Source: an uncultured Chloroflexia bacterium (GTDB taxonomy: Bacteria; Chloroflexota; Limnocylindria; QHBO01). From it: DNA of 64,000 nucleotides. Within the stretch, counting starts at the first letter, position 1. Every line of letters starts with the position of its first letter. Location of the stretch: positions 62,113-126,112 of the forward strand of contig CAWDVA010000005.1 of assembly GCA_963805645.1 (NCBI GenBank), written 5' to 3'. The notes under the pieces are model-generated. The model was not told the origin of the DNA and did not search any database. It saw nothing but the letters and a program-made list of their open reading frames with translations. Shown one piece after another: positions 47,443 to 56,609 of this stretch. The position numbers and the translations under genes were made by a program.

Positions 47443-47912
47443 CCTCCCAGCCGCGACCCGGGGCGTTCGCCGATCCAGGCGACATCGAGCGCGTGCTGCG
47501 TGAGACCCATACCTGGGCCGTGGTGGGGTGCTCGTCCAACCCGATGCGCCCGAGCCACGGCGTCTCGCGGACGCTGCTGGCCCACGGGTACGAGGTCATC
47601 CCGGTCAACCCGCGAGAGACGGCGGTGCATGACCGGGTCGCGCACCCGGACCTGGCCGGGGCGGCGGCCGCGGCGGCGGCCGCGGGACATCCCATCGAGG
47701 TGGTGGACATCTTCCGGCGCTCCGCCGAGGCGGGAGCTCATGTCGACGAGGCGATCGCCATCGGGGCACGTGCGGTCTGGATGCAGCTCGGAGTCATTGA
47801 TCCGGCGGCCGCGCAGCGCGCGCGGGACGCCGGCCTGCTGGTGATCATGGATCGCTGCCCGGCCATCGAGCTCCCGCGCCTCGACCCGCCCCTCCCGCGC
47901 GAACGCGCCTGA
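47439..47912 (+). CDS. CoA-binding domain protein (YccU-like), occupying the usual ruvB position
   Basis: WAVVGCSSNPMRPSHGVSRTL...YEVIPVNP motif; ATGA overlap with the ruvA stop. Confidence 0.65.
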   Translation: MTSQPRPGAFADPGDIERVLRETHTWAVVGCSSNPMRPSHGVSRTLLAHGYEVIPVNPRETAVHDRVAHPDLAGAAAAAAAAGHPIEVVDIFRRSAEAGAHVDEAIAIGARAVWMQLGVIDPAAAQRARDAGLLVIMDRCPAIELPRLDPPLPRERA

Positions 47913-47983
47913 CCGGAACTTCTGGCCAGGAACGTCCGAACCCCTGTTCGGCGGACCGCCACCGCGATATCCTGTCACTCACC

Positions 47984-48400
47984 ATGGCCGCGAACGACAA
48001 GATGGACGAGCTGCGCCGGGTTCCGCTCTTCTCGGGACTGGGCAAGCGCGAGCTCGCCGAGCTGGGGACCCTCGCCGACGAGATCGAGGTCGCGGACGGC
48101 CGTGCCCTGACACGTGAGGGCGAGTCGGGCCACGAGTTCTTCGTGGTACTCGACGGCCACGTCTCGGTCGAGATCGATGGCAGGCGCGTCGCCGAGCTGG
48201 GCCCCGGCGACTTCCTGGGGGAGATTGCGCTGATCGACGGCAAGTCGCGCACCGCCACCACCCGTGCCGTGGGCGCCACGAAGCTGCTCGTGGTGGGCCA
48301 CCGCGAGTTCCACCAGCTCATGGCCGACTTCCCGACGGTCCAGACCGCCGTCCTGCAGGCGCTCGCCGCACGGGTCCGGCGCAACGAGCAGCTCGGCTAG
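47984..48400 (+). CDS. Stand-alone cyclic-nucleotide-binding (CAP effector) domain protein
   Basis: EFFVVLDGHVSVEIDGRRVAELGPGDFLGEIALIDGKSRTATTRA cNMP-binding signature; no output domain. Confidence 0.7.
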   Translation: MAANDKMDELRRVPLFSGLGKRELAELGTLADEIEVADGRALTREGESGHEFFVVLDGHVSVEIDGRRVAELGPGDFLGEIALIDGKSRTATTRAVGATKLLVVGHREFHQLMADFPTVQTAVLQALAARVRRNEQLG

Positions 48401-48407
48401 CCACCGC

Positions 48408-48866
48408 ATCGTTCGCCGCGCCCGGCCCGACGAGGCGGCCGATCTGCGGGAGCTCGCACACCGCTCCAAGGCCCACTGGCCCTACAGCACCGAGTTCCTG
48501 GAGGCTGTCCGACCCCTCCTGGTGCTCGAACCCGCCGACATCCGCCGTGACGAGGTCCACGTTCTCGAGCTGGGCGGCGCCCGCGTGGGCTGGCACCGGG
48601 TCCGCTTCGACGGCGACCGCGCCGAGCTCGAGGACCTGTGGGTCGAACCCACCTTCATCGGCCAGGGGCATGGCCGGGCGCTGTTCGAGCACGCGGTCGG
48701 GGTGGCGCGGCGCGGCGGTGCGAACCGCCTAGAGTGGGACGCGGAGCCGTTCGCGGCCGGGTTCTACGCCGCCATGGGAGGACGCGAGTTCGCCCGGTCG
48801 CCCTCTGCCGTGGTCCCGGGTCGCACGCTGCCGCGGATGCGGCTGCGGCTCGCACCCGATGCCTGA
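48408..48866 (+). CDS. GNAT family N-acetyltransferase (start codon uncertain)
   Basis: IRRARPDEAADLRELA...WVEPTFIGQGHGRALFEHAV acetyl-CoA-binding motif. No canonical start between the upstream stop at 48400 and the conserved N-terminus. Confidence 0.5.
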   Translation: MVRRARPDEAADLRELAHRSKAHWPYSTEFLEAVRPLLVLEPADIRRDEVHVLELGGARVGWHRVRFDGDRAELEDLWVEPTFIGQGHGRALFEHAVGVARRGGANRLEWDAEPFAAGFYAAMGGREFARSPSAVVPGRTLPRMRLRLAPDA

Positions 48867-48884
48867 GGCAGCTCCTGAGACAGC

Positions 48885-49634
48885 TCAGGGCACGCGGAAC
48901 AGGTAGACCCCGAAGCCCAGGCAGTCGCGCCCGCCGCGCAGGTATCGGTCCCGGACCAGCCTGGCCTGCTCCACGAAGGCGTCGCGATCGGGGTCATCCG
49001 GGTGCGCGGCGGCCCAGCGGTCGACCGTCGCGAAGTACCCGAACTCGTACCGGTCCCAGTCCTGCTGGCTCGCAGAGCCGCTCCACAGCGGTTGCATGTC
49101 CAGGTCCACCCCGGCCATGGCGTTGAGGTCGTGGGTCGTCATCTCGTCGCGCCGCGCTCCGAGCAGCCCGAGGTACTCGGCGCCGGGCTCCGTGCGCCAG
49201 TAGCCGTCTCCCACCAGGAGCTGGCCCCCAGGCACCACGTGGCGCTCCAGGTCCTCCAGGAGCGCCCGGAAGCTCGGGTGCTCCCACCCGGGGCCGATGC
49301 ATACGACCAGGTCGAACGGCTCCGGCGACTCGTAGGTCCGGGCATCTCCCTCCACGATCTCGGCCGTCCCCGCCGGGAGTGCGGCCACCCGCTCTCGTGC
49401 GACGGTCAGCAGATGGGGCGACACCTCCACGCCCACGCCCCGAGCGTCGTAGCGCTCCACGATGCGAGCCAGCAGCTCCGCCTTGCCGCAGCCCAGGTCC
49501 AGGACCCGGGCCGCCGGCGCGAGCGCCACCGCCTCGACTGCGCGATCCACCGTGTCCGCGGAGAGCGGGTTCATGATCGCCATCTCCCCGTGGGCGATGG
49601 CGGAGAAGCGCTGTCGCAGCGCCTCGTCCATCAT
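48885..49634 (-). CDS. Class I SAM-dependent methyltransferase
   Basis: VLDLGCGKAELL...VGVEVSPHLL...EIVEGDA motifs. Last gene of the urate operon; ATGA overlap with uricase. Confidence 0.7.
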   Translation of the reverse strand: MMDEALRQRFSAIAHGEMAIMNPLSADTVDRAVEAVALAPAARVLDLGCGKAELLARIVERYDARGVGVEVSPHLLTVARERVAALPAGTAEIVEGDARTYESPEPFDLVVCIGPGWEHPSFRALLEDLERHVVPGGQLLVGDGYWRTEPGAEYLGLLGARRDEMTTHDLNAMAGVDLDMQPLWSGSASQQDWDRYEFGYFATVDRWAAAHPDDPDRDAFVEQARLVRDRYLRGGRDCLGFGVYLFRVP

Positions 49635-50566
49635 CCGTCCCGCCGCAGCACCAGCTCGATGCGGCCGTGGGGCGGACGCGGGTCGGTGTAGACCTTGACC
49701 GCATCATCCTCGGCCGATTCGGCGCCCACGTCCCAGAGCCGGTTCTGACCGTCGAAGGAGACCGATGCCAGCTGCGGCCAGCGCGCCAGCATCCGCTGCC
49801 CGATCTCGTGGAGCAGGTGCTGGATCGAGAGGCTGACGAACCCGTGGAAGACCGATGCCGCCAGGTCCGCCACCTGCTCACCGGCGACGTAGCGCTCCGG
49901 GCGGCCGCCGAGGCCGTCGGTGGCATCGGCGTAGGTCCACCCGATGTCGCACCAGATGTAGAGCGGCCGGTCGCGCCGCTCGGGGAGGGTCGTGAACTCG
50001 TCGCGGGCGAACGAGGCGAACGCGGACCCGGTGGTCTTGATCATCTGCAGCTCGGCGCGACCGCAGGCATGCTCCGTGATCCGGACGCCGCCATCGGCTC
50101 GCTCCAGGTGCATCCGGGCGGTGGAGTGGTCGCAGCGGTCGCGGGTGAAGAGGACCTCCGAGAGGGCGAATGAGCCCGGCTCGTCCCCGGGAACCACCGC
50201 GGCGGGGTAGGGGAGCTCGCGGCCGAGCATGGTGACAGACTCCATCTGCGGGTAGGTCGCCAGGAAGCGGGCACCCACGTCGTGGATCCAGCCCTCCAGG
50301 GTCGGGGCCCGCGTCTCCAGCGAGACGGACCCGATGAAGTTCTTCATGGTGTCGGTGGCCACCACCATCCGGTTGTCGCCCTCGGTGTAGGCCTCCCAGA
50401 ACGCGTCGCCGTGGACCGTGACCTCGATCTCGGCGCCCATCAGCCGGTTCTCGCGCCCGCTGAACGCGGATTCGGGAATGGTGGTGACCCCTCGCAGGGG
50501 CACGCCTCCGGTGCGATAGACCCGCACCTCCGCCTTTCCGTATCGGATCTCGTGCTTCACGCCCAC
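49631..50566 (-). CDS. Urate oxidase (uricase)
   Basis: YGKAEVRVYRT and DNRMVVATDTMKNFIGS match the uricase T-fold signatures (compare Arthrobacter uricase VVATDTQKN). Confidence 0.75.
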   Translation of the reverse strand: MGVKHEIRYGKAEVRVYRTGGVPLRGVTTIPESAFSGRENRLMGAEIEVTVHGDAFWEAYTEGDNRMVVATDTMKNFIGSVSLETRAPTLEGWIHDVGARFLATYPQMESVTMLGRELPYPAAVVPGDEPGSFALSEVLFTRDRCDHSTARMHLERADGGVRITEHACGRAELQMIKTTGSAFASFARDEFTTLPERRDRPLYIWCDIGWTYADATDGLGGRPERYVAGEQVADLAASVFHGFVSLSIQHLLHEIGQRMLARWPQLASVSFDGQNRLWDVGAESAEDDAVKVYTDPRPPHGRIELVLRRDG

Positions 50567-51642
50567 TCCTCCGTCTCCGGTGGCGGCCCGCCACGCATGG
50601 TCAGCAGCCGATCGGCCGCGATCCGGACACAGTCGTCCACCGCACGGCGCAGCTCCGCCTCGCGGTCGTTGCGCAGGGCCGCTTCGATGAGTGGGATGAT
50701 CGCGGAGCGCGGCCGTCCCGCCACGAACACGGCGAAGCGAAATCCGAAGCGCGACTCATAGACCTCGTTGAGTGCCGCGAGCTCCTCGCCCACCCATGCC
50801 GGCTCGCGCCCATCCTCCTCGTCAGACCCATCCGCACCGTCGTAGCCCTGCTCGACACGGCTCGCGGCCGACAGCGACGCTGCGTCCGCGCCGATCCGCG
50901 GGTGCGCACTCACCAGCTCGATCGCCTCGTCCTCCGGGAGAACGCGCCCGACTTCCTGCGCCACCGCTACCAGGCCGTCGTCGTCGATGAACGGCCGTGC
51001 GGCAGCCAGCCACGCAAGGAACCGCGGCGCCCCCTCGAACAGCGGGGCCAGCTGGTCGGCGACTGCCGCGTCCGGCAGCGCATCGAGATCGGGGACCGCC
51101 GGGAAGGCGACACGTCCGGCGGGCTCCTCCATGGGATCCAGCGCGAACTCCACGAGATCCCGGATGGGCAGCCCATTGTCCGGGTTGGTCGCAGGGATCT
51201 GCGGCTTGAGCCGCCGGTCAGAATCCACCGCGCCCTCGTGCACGCGAACCACGTGGAAACCGCGCCGCAGGTAGAACCCGATGGCCGGCAGGTTGTCGTT
51301 GGTGGTGACCAGCCAGAGCCGATGGTGCCCGCTCGCCGCCGCCACCTGCCGGACGGTCTCCACCAGCGCGGTCCCGGCCCCGGCCCCCCGCGGCTCGGCG
51401 TGGAGGGTGACGATCTCCATCCCTCCGTCGGGCACCTCCTGGACGGTCGCCAGGCCGATCGGCGCGCCCTCGCGCTCCGCCACGAGGCCCTGGAGCGTGA
51501 ACGGGTCGATCAGCTCTCCGAGGCGCGCGACCTTGCGCACCCCGCCGCCCAGGTCACCGAGCAGCGTCTCCGCCCACGCCCGGTCACCAGGCTCGAAGTC
51601 CCGCACCTCGACGCCGCCGACCACGAGCGCGTCCATGGTCAT
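50557..51642 (-). CDS. Fusion protein: N-terminal GNAT acetyltransferase domain + C-terminal OHCU decarboxylase (UraD) domain
   Basis: N-terminal GNAT motif RQVAAASGHHRLWLVTTNDNLPAIGFYLRRGF; C-terminal ...ELVSAHPRIGA... OHCU decarboxylase motif. Confidence 0.65.
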   Translation of the reverse strand: MTMDALVVGGVEVRDFEPGDRAWAETLLGDLGGGVRKVARLGELIDPFTLQGLVAEREGAPIGLATVQEVPDGGMEIVTLHAEPRGAGAGTALVETVRQVAAASGHHRLWLVTTNDNLPAIGFYLRRGFHVVRVHEGAVDSDRRLKPQIPATNPDNGLPIRDLVEFALDPMEEPAGRVAFPAVPDLDALPDAAVADQLAPLFEGAPRFLAWLAAARPFIDDDGLVAVAQEVGRVLPEDEAIELVSAHPRIGADAASLSAASRVEQGYDGADGSDEEDGREPAWVGEELAALNEVYESRFGFRFAVFVAGRPRSAIIPLIEAALRNDREAELRRAVDDCVRIAADRLLTMRGGPPPETEEWA

Positions 51643-51993
51643 CTAGCTGCCGCGATACGTGGAGATCCCGAACGGGGTCAGCAGCAGGGGAATGTGGTAG
51701 CTGCGGTCGGGATCGTCGATGCGGAAGCCCACCGCCATGTTCTCGAAGAACCCGTCACGATCCTCCGTGTCGAGCCACGCCGCGACGTCGAAGACCAGCT
51801 GGTAGCTGCCCGGGGTGAGCTCGCCGGGCAGGAGGGAGCGCACGCGCCCGTCGCCATCGGTCTCCACCTCGGCCAGCAGCTCCGGCTGGCCATCGCCGCC
51901 CAGGCGGAAGAGTGCCACCGGGAATCCGGCCGCAGGCTCGCCAGTTTCCAGGTCCAGGACGTGGGTCGAGATGGTCGAAGGCCCGTCGGCCAC
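51643..51993 (-). CDS. 5-hydroxyisourate hydrolase (transthyretin-like)
   Basis: STHVLD N-terminal motif and C-terminal YRGS tetrapeptide. Confidence 0.8.
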   Translation of the reverse strand: MADGPSTISTHVLDLETGEPAAGFPVALFRLGGDGQPELLAEVETDGDGRVRSLLPGELTPGSYQLVFDVAAWLDTEDRDGFFENMAVGFRIDDPDRSYHIPLLLTPFGISTYRGS

Positions 51994-52007
51994 GTTATCC
52001 TCCGCAC

Positions 52008-52430
52008 ATGGGTACGCTGCAGATCCGGGTTGGCGACCTCCACTTTACCGCCCACTGGGAGGCGGATGCGCCGCGGACGGTGGAGGCGGTTCGGGCGCTG
52101 CTGCCGATCCGCAACCGGCTGATCCACTGCCGATGGAGCGGCGAGTCGACCTGGATCCCGTTGGGCGACCTGCGGGTTGGCGTCGGCTATGAGCATCACA
52201 CCTCGCACCCATCGCCCGGGGAGCTGCTGATCTACACCGGCGAGCTGTCCGAGTGCGAGATCCTGTTCCCGTACGGTGCCTGCGCGTTCAGCTCGAAGCT
52301 GGGCCAGCTGGCCGGCAACCACTTCGCCACCCTCGATCCGGACGACGCCTGGCGGGAGCGGCTGGCCGAGGTCGGACGACGGACCCTGTGGCACGGAGCC
52401 CAGGAGATCGAGATCATGGAGGTCCCCTGA
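52008..52430 (+). CDS. DUF3830-like hypothetical protein (cyclophilin-like fold)
   Basis: Internal ATG MGTLQIRVGDLHFTAHWE within ORF 51912..52430. Confidence 0.5.
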   Translation: MGTLQIRVGDLHFTAHWEADAPRTVEAVRALLPIRNRLIHCRWSGESTWIPLGDLRVGVGYEHHTSHPSPGELLIYTGELSECEILFPYGACAFSSKLGQLAGNHFATLDPDDAWRERLAEVGRRTLWHGAQEIEIMEVP

Positions 52431-52432
52431 CC

Positions 52433-52747
52433 GTGGCCTGGCTGATCCTGGGCGTGGTGGTGGCCCTCTTCGTCCTCGTGGTATTCCGGGTGCTGACACT
52501 GCTGGTGGGGCTGGTGGCCATCATCCTGGCCTTGCTGGCACTCGTGGCATTCGGTGAATGGCGGGACCGCCATCGGCAGCGCGGAATCCACAATCCGGCT
52601 GCAGCATTCGACCCGAACAAGCCCAACGAGTACGGACGTTCGAGCCAGCAGCACTGGGAGCCACCCACCCCCTACATCGACCATCCCGACGGCGGGGGAG
52701 CCCCTCCCGGCGTGGACCGCGGCGATGACCGCCCACGACCCAGGTAG
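52433..52747 (+). CDS. Small membrane protein (single/double TM), hypothetical
   Basis: GTG start overlapping the upstream stop; VAWLILGVVVALFVLVVFRVLTLLVGLVAIILALLALVAF. Confidence 0.4.
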   Translation: MAWLILGVVVALFVLVVFRVLTLLVGLVAIILALLALVAFGEWRDRHRQRGIHNPAAAFDPNKPNEYGRSSQQHWEPPTPYIDHPDGGGAPPGVDRGDDRPRPR

Positions 52748-52750
52748 CCC

Positions 52751-54139
52751 GTGACCGACCTCGTAGTGGCGGGAGGCACGGTCGTGACCGCCGACCGCTC
52801 GTTCGCGGCAGACATGGCGGTGGGCGACGGACGGATCGAAGCCGTGGCCCCCGGCCTTGCGGGACGCCATCGGGATGCCCGCGTGATCGACGCGACCGGG
52901 CTGCTGGTTCTGCCCGGCGTGGTGGACGTCCACACGCACACCCGGCTGCCCACAGACGAGCGTCCAGACCGTTTCTACGACGATTCGGTTGCCGCGGCGT
53001 TCGGGGGCACCACCACGTTCCTGGCCTTCAACAACCCCGGGACAGGGATCAGCGAGGCCGGCGCCGCGTCGCTCCTCCGCGGTCTCGACGAATTCAGGGC
53101 CCGGACAGAGGGGGAATCGGCGGTCGACTACGGGCTGAGCGCGGTCCTCACCGGATCGCAGCCCGACCCCATGGGCGAGCTGCCGGCCCTCATCGGATCG
53201 GGGGTGCCCACCTTCAAGGCCTTCATGATCTACGACTTCCGCCTCAGCGACGAACGGCTCTTCGAGATCCTGCGGGTGGCCGGGCGCTCCGGCGGGATGC
53301 TCCAGGTCCACTGCGAGAACGCCACCATCATCGACGCCCTGACGGCGGAGGCGATCGAAGCCGGCCACGTTGCCTGCCGCTACCACGCGGCGACTCGACC
53401 GTCCTACGCGGAGGCGGAAGCCACCCACCGGGCCATTGCCCTGGCGCGCGCAGCGGGGGCGTCGCTGTTCATCGTCCACCTCTCCTGCGCCGATGCCCTG
53501 GCCGAGGTCGCCGCCGCCAAGGCGCGCGGCTGGCCGGTGTACGCCGAGACCACGCCGCCCTACCTTGTCTACACCGATGAGCGATACGAGACCGATGACG
53601 AGGCGGAGGCGATCCGCTCGGTCATCTCGCCGCCCTACCGCTCCGACGCCGATCGCTCCGCCCTGTGGCTTGGCGTGCGGGCCGGCGGCCTGGACCTGGT
53701 GGCCACCGACCACGTGCCGGACCGCCTGGACACCGACAAGCGCCTGCCGGCGCCCCCCTTCCCGCAGATCAGCAACGGGGCGCCGGGCATCGAGACTCTG
53801 CTGGCCGTCGTGTATGGCGAGGGTGTCGCTCGCGGGCGGCTCACGCTGGAGCGGATGGTTGACCTGCTCTCGACCACGCCGGCGCGGCTGTTCGGGATGC
53901 CGTCGAAGGGAGCGATCGAGGTCGGCCGAGACGCGGACCTGGTGCTGCTCGACCCGGATGCGTCACGCACCATCCGCCAGGCGGACCTGCACCACAGCTC
54001 GGACTTCACGCCGTTCGAGGGCCTGCACGTGACCGGCGCGGTGCGAACCGTGCTGTTGCGGGGCCAGCCCGTTGTCCGTGACGGCATCTTCGTCGGGCGC
54101 CGGGGGATGGGCCACTTCCTGGAGCGGGCCCTCCGGTAA
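52751..54139 (+). CDS. Cyclic amidohydrolase (allantoinase/dihydropyrimidinase family)
   Basis: VDVHTHT metal-binding motif and carboxylated-lysine region; 462 aa. Sits in the purine-catabolism context. Confidence 0.8.
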   Translation: MTDLVVAGGTVVTADRSFAADMAVGDGRIEAVAPGLAGRHRDARVIDATGLLVLPGVVDVHTHTRLPTDERPDRFYDDSVAAAFGGTTTFLAFNNPGTGISEAGAASLLRGLDEFRARTEGESAVDYGLSAVLTGSQPDPMGELPALIGSGVPTFKAFMIYDFRLSDERLFEILRVAGRSGGMLQVHCENATIIDALTAEAIEAGHVACRYHAATRPSYAEAEATHRAIALARAAGASLFIVHLSCADALAEVAAAKARGWPVYAETTPPYLVYTDERYETDDEAEAIRSVISPPYRSDADRSALWLGVRAGGLDLVATDHVPDRLDTDKRLPAPPFPQISNGAPGIETLLAVVYGEGVARGRLTLERMVDLLSTTPARLFGMPSKGAIEVGRDADLVLLDPDASRTIRQADLHHSSDFTPFEGLHVTGAVRTVLLRGQPVVRDGIFVGRRGMGHFLERALR

Positions 54140-54385
54140 GACGACCCTCGCGCACGCCAGTTTGGGATACCCGCCCGAACGAATCGGGAGGACGAGCGCG
54201 CGGCCGGGATGCCTTGCGCCCGTGAGCGCTTCGCGCTCCCCCCGATCCAGCGCATACTTCGGTGACCCGGAAGAGAGGCATCGGGACTGCCCTGTCCCCA
54301 CCAGCGCGGCGTCCCCCATACGGTCGCCTCGATCGTCGCGCAGGGCCAATGGCGAGCCCGACTCCTCCGCGCACAAGGAGCCTCC

Positions 54386-54820
54386 ATGCGCATCCAGGCC
54401 AGCATCACCACCAAGCGACCGATCGGCGAGGTGTTCGCCGCTCTGAGCGACTGGACGAATACGTCGACATGGATCTCGGGCACGCAGTCCGTCACGAAGA
54501 CCTCGGACGGGCCGATCGGCGTCGGTACGACCTGGCAAGCGGCCGGCAAGACCCTGGGTCGCACGATCGAGACCGGTGTCACGGTGACCGAGTTCGAGCC
54601 CGACCACAGGTTCGTCTGGACGACCGACAAGCCATTCAAGGCCACGACCACCTTCACCTGCGAGTCAGTTGACGGCGGTACCCGCGTGGACCAGACCACG
54701 GACGGAGAGCTCGAAGGATTCTTCAAGCTGGCCGGGCCGATGATGCAGCCGATGGCGAAGCGACAGATCCAGCATGACCTGGAGAACTTCCGGGACCTGA
54801 TGGACGGGCACGCCCTCTGA
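54386..54820 (+). CDS. SRPBCC (polyketide cyclase/START-like) family protein
   Basis: 144 aa with the typical SRPBCC beta-grip pattern. Confidence 0.6.
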   Translation: MRIQASITTKRPIGEVFAALSDWTNTSTWISGTQSVTKTSDGPIGVGTTWQAAGKTLGRTIETGVTVTEFEPDHRFVWTTDKPFKATTTFTCESVDGGTRVDQTTDGELEGFFKLAGPMMQPMAKRQIQHDLENFRDLMDGHAL

Positions 54821-55122
54821 ACGAGCGGGCGGAGCCCACTGCACCGCCATCGCGCCGCTGGGCTGGGGGCGGAACCGACATCAATGATGCCCGCCCGACG
54901 CCCCCTCTCACGACAGCACTGAGCACTGGCACGCGCAGCGCTCGCAGCCGAGGTCGGTCTCGTCTCGGCCGTCGGCGCTCCCCTGGCCCACCCCGCCGTT
55001 GCCCGATTCCATCATCGGGCGGGATCGTCGGAACGCTCAGCTGCTCGGCATTGGGCACCGACGAGCGGTGACCGCTGACACCTGGCGACACGCTGCTCCG
55101 AAGGGTCTCGTTCGGCGCTTCG

Positions 55123-55147
55123 GGTGACAGTACCGAACACTCGCGCA
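55123..55147 (+). repeat. Conserved 25-nt intergenic motif, copy 1 (GGTGACAGTACCGAACACTCGCGCA)
   Basis: Read directly from sequence; 24/25 identical to copy 2. Confidence 0.6.
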
Positions 55148-55162
55148 TGCTGCTCTGCCCCC

Positions 55163-55714
55163 TCACCCCCTTGTGACGCCCTCCGCGCTCGAAACCGAGC
55201 CGAGGGCCGCACGAAGTGCGTGCAGCTGGGCATTGCTCAGTGACCGTTTCGGAATCGTCAGCACCCAGCGTGCACGCGCTCCTGTTCCCTCCACCAGATG
55301 GATGCAGCGCGCGTCTTCATGTACCGCGCTCAGAGCGCTCCAGGCGATGTCGCGCTGCCGGGATCCGATGACCCGGTGCACACCGGAGGCATCCATCGAT
55401 ACGACCGTGTCGTTGGTGAGGTACGGCCGCACCCCAGGACCCCGGCTCAGTACCGGCCACAGGAACCGCAGGGGTGGGATGCGCTCCAGCAGGAGGTACC
55501 CAGCAGCCACTACCGCCAGCGAGCCCGCCCACACCGAGGCGAAGCCAACGGACCAGCCCACGAGGCCAGCCAACAATACGAGCAGGACGATTCCGTCCGT
55601 GACCCGTTGCTGGGCAGCGTTCGCGATCCGGACCCCATCCAACAGCTCCTCGAAGGTGGTACGGAACCGAATTGAGGCGCTTGGAGGGACGGGGGTGGTT
55701 GGGTCTTCGGCCAT
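55163..55714 (-). CDS. Membrane protein, YcxB-like (hypothetical)
   Basis: Two TM helices (IVLLVLLAGLVGWSVGFASVWAGSLAVVAAGYLLL) then a PH-like domain. Motif copy 2 lies 46 nt upstream of the start. Confidence 0.5.
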   Translation of the reverse strand: MAEDPTTPVPPSASIRFRTTFEELLDGVRIANAAQQRVTDGIVLLVLLAGLVGWSVGFASVWAGSLAVVAAGYLLLERIPPLRFLWPVLSRGPGVRPYLTNDTVVSMDASGVHRVIGSRQRDIAWSALSAVHEDARCIHLVEGTGARARWVLTIPKRSLSNAQLHALRAALGSVSSAEGVTRG

Positions 55715-55764
55715 TCCTCCATCCTAGTGACAAGGGCTCTTGGGATGCGGAGGCGCCCCACTCT

Positions 55765-55789
55765 GGTGACACTACCGAACACTCGCGCA
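55765..55789 (+). repeat. Conserved 25-nt intergenic motif, copy 2 (GGTGACACTACCGAACACTCGCGCA)
   Basis: Read directly from sequence. Confidence 0.6.
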
Positions 55790-55818
55790 GGGGGCTGCGA
55801 TCGCTCGCGCTTCTCCTG

Positions 55819-56229
55819 TCAGCAGCCAGTGGTGGTCTCCGCGCGTCCGGCTGGCGCAAGTCCAGGCATGGGCTCGTTGTTCGTTGTGACGGAGGCCTTC
55901 TCGGCCGCGTCGATCGAGATGACCACGTACTGCGCCTTGGTCTGGGCCCCGGTCACGACCTGGCAGTGCTCGGTGAGCACCTGGACCGTTCCGACGAATG
56001 CGCCCCAGCCCTCGTCAATCACCAGCGATGCGTGAGCGGGGATCGTGAAGGAGCGCCCCACCGGCCCATCCTCGAGGCGAACCAGGAAGCCCGCGGCACT
56101 CTCGTTACTGGCGGTCACCGACCATCGGTCGACGCATGCCGTGGTGAGCACTGCGAGACACGCCAGAAGAAGAAGCACTCCGACACTACGGCGTCGTGGC
56201 GGACCCGGAGTCCGGTGGCTGACCCCCAT
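55819..56229 (-). CDS. Putative small lipoprotein (hypothetical)
   Basis: VGVLLLLACLAVLTTAC lipobox-containing signal peptide. Motif copy 3 lies about 67 nt upstream of the start. Confidence 0.45.
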   Translation of the reverse strand: MGVSHRTPGPPRRRSVGVLLLLACLAVLTTACVDRWSVTASNESAAGFLVRLEDGPVGRSFTIPAHASLVIDEGWGAFVGTVQVLTEHCQVVTGAQTKAQYVVISIDAAEKASVTTNNEPMPGLAPAGRAETTTGC

Positions 56230-56298
56230 GACTCCAGTGTGTCCATCCCGAGTCCGTCGTCAAGATTCGCATCGTCCAGCGGGGTGGTATCCCTTTCG

Positions 56299-56323
56299 GG
56301 TGACATTACCGAAGTCTCGCGCA
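56299..56323 (+). repeat. Conserved 25-nt intergenic motif, copy 3 (GGTGACATTACCGAAGTCTCGCGCA)
   Basis: Read directly from sequence; 22/25 identical to copy 1. Downstream flank CTCTCCGTGCCACCCCC resembles the copy 1 flank CTCTGCCCCCTCACCCCC. Confidence 0.55.
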
Positions 56324-56609
56324 GACCTCTCCGTGCCACCCCCTGAACGATTCGGTAGGACCACCACGCGACCGGGATGCTGCGCTCTTGCCGGCGCGGA
56401 AAGCACAGGGACGCGGACCGGTGATGGCGCAGAGGCGCGTGTCCACGCCCCAACCCCTCAGCGGGCGGTGGACGCCTTGCTCGTCGCGTCCCACGGCCTC
56501 GACCGATACCTCCGCGAGCAGCGCGCCCGCATGATCGCCCCGACAACCTCACGCCCGCGGAGGATGGGTTGTCGGGCACACGCAGGGGTGATGGCGTAGG
56601 GTTTGCATC

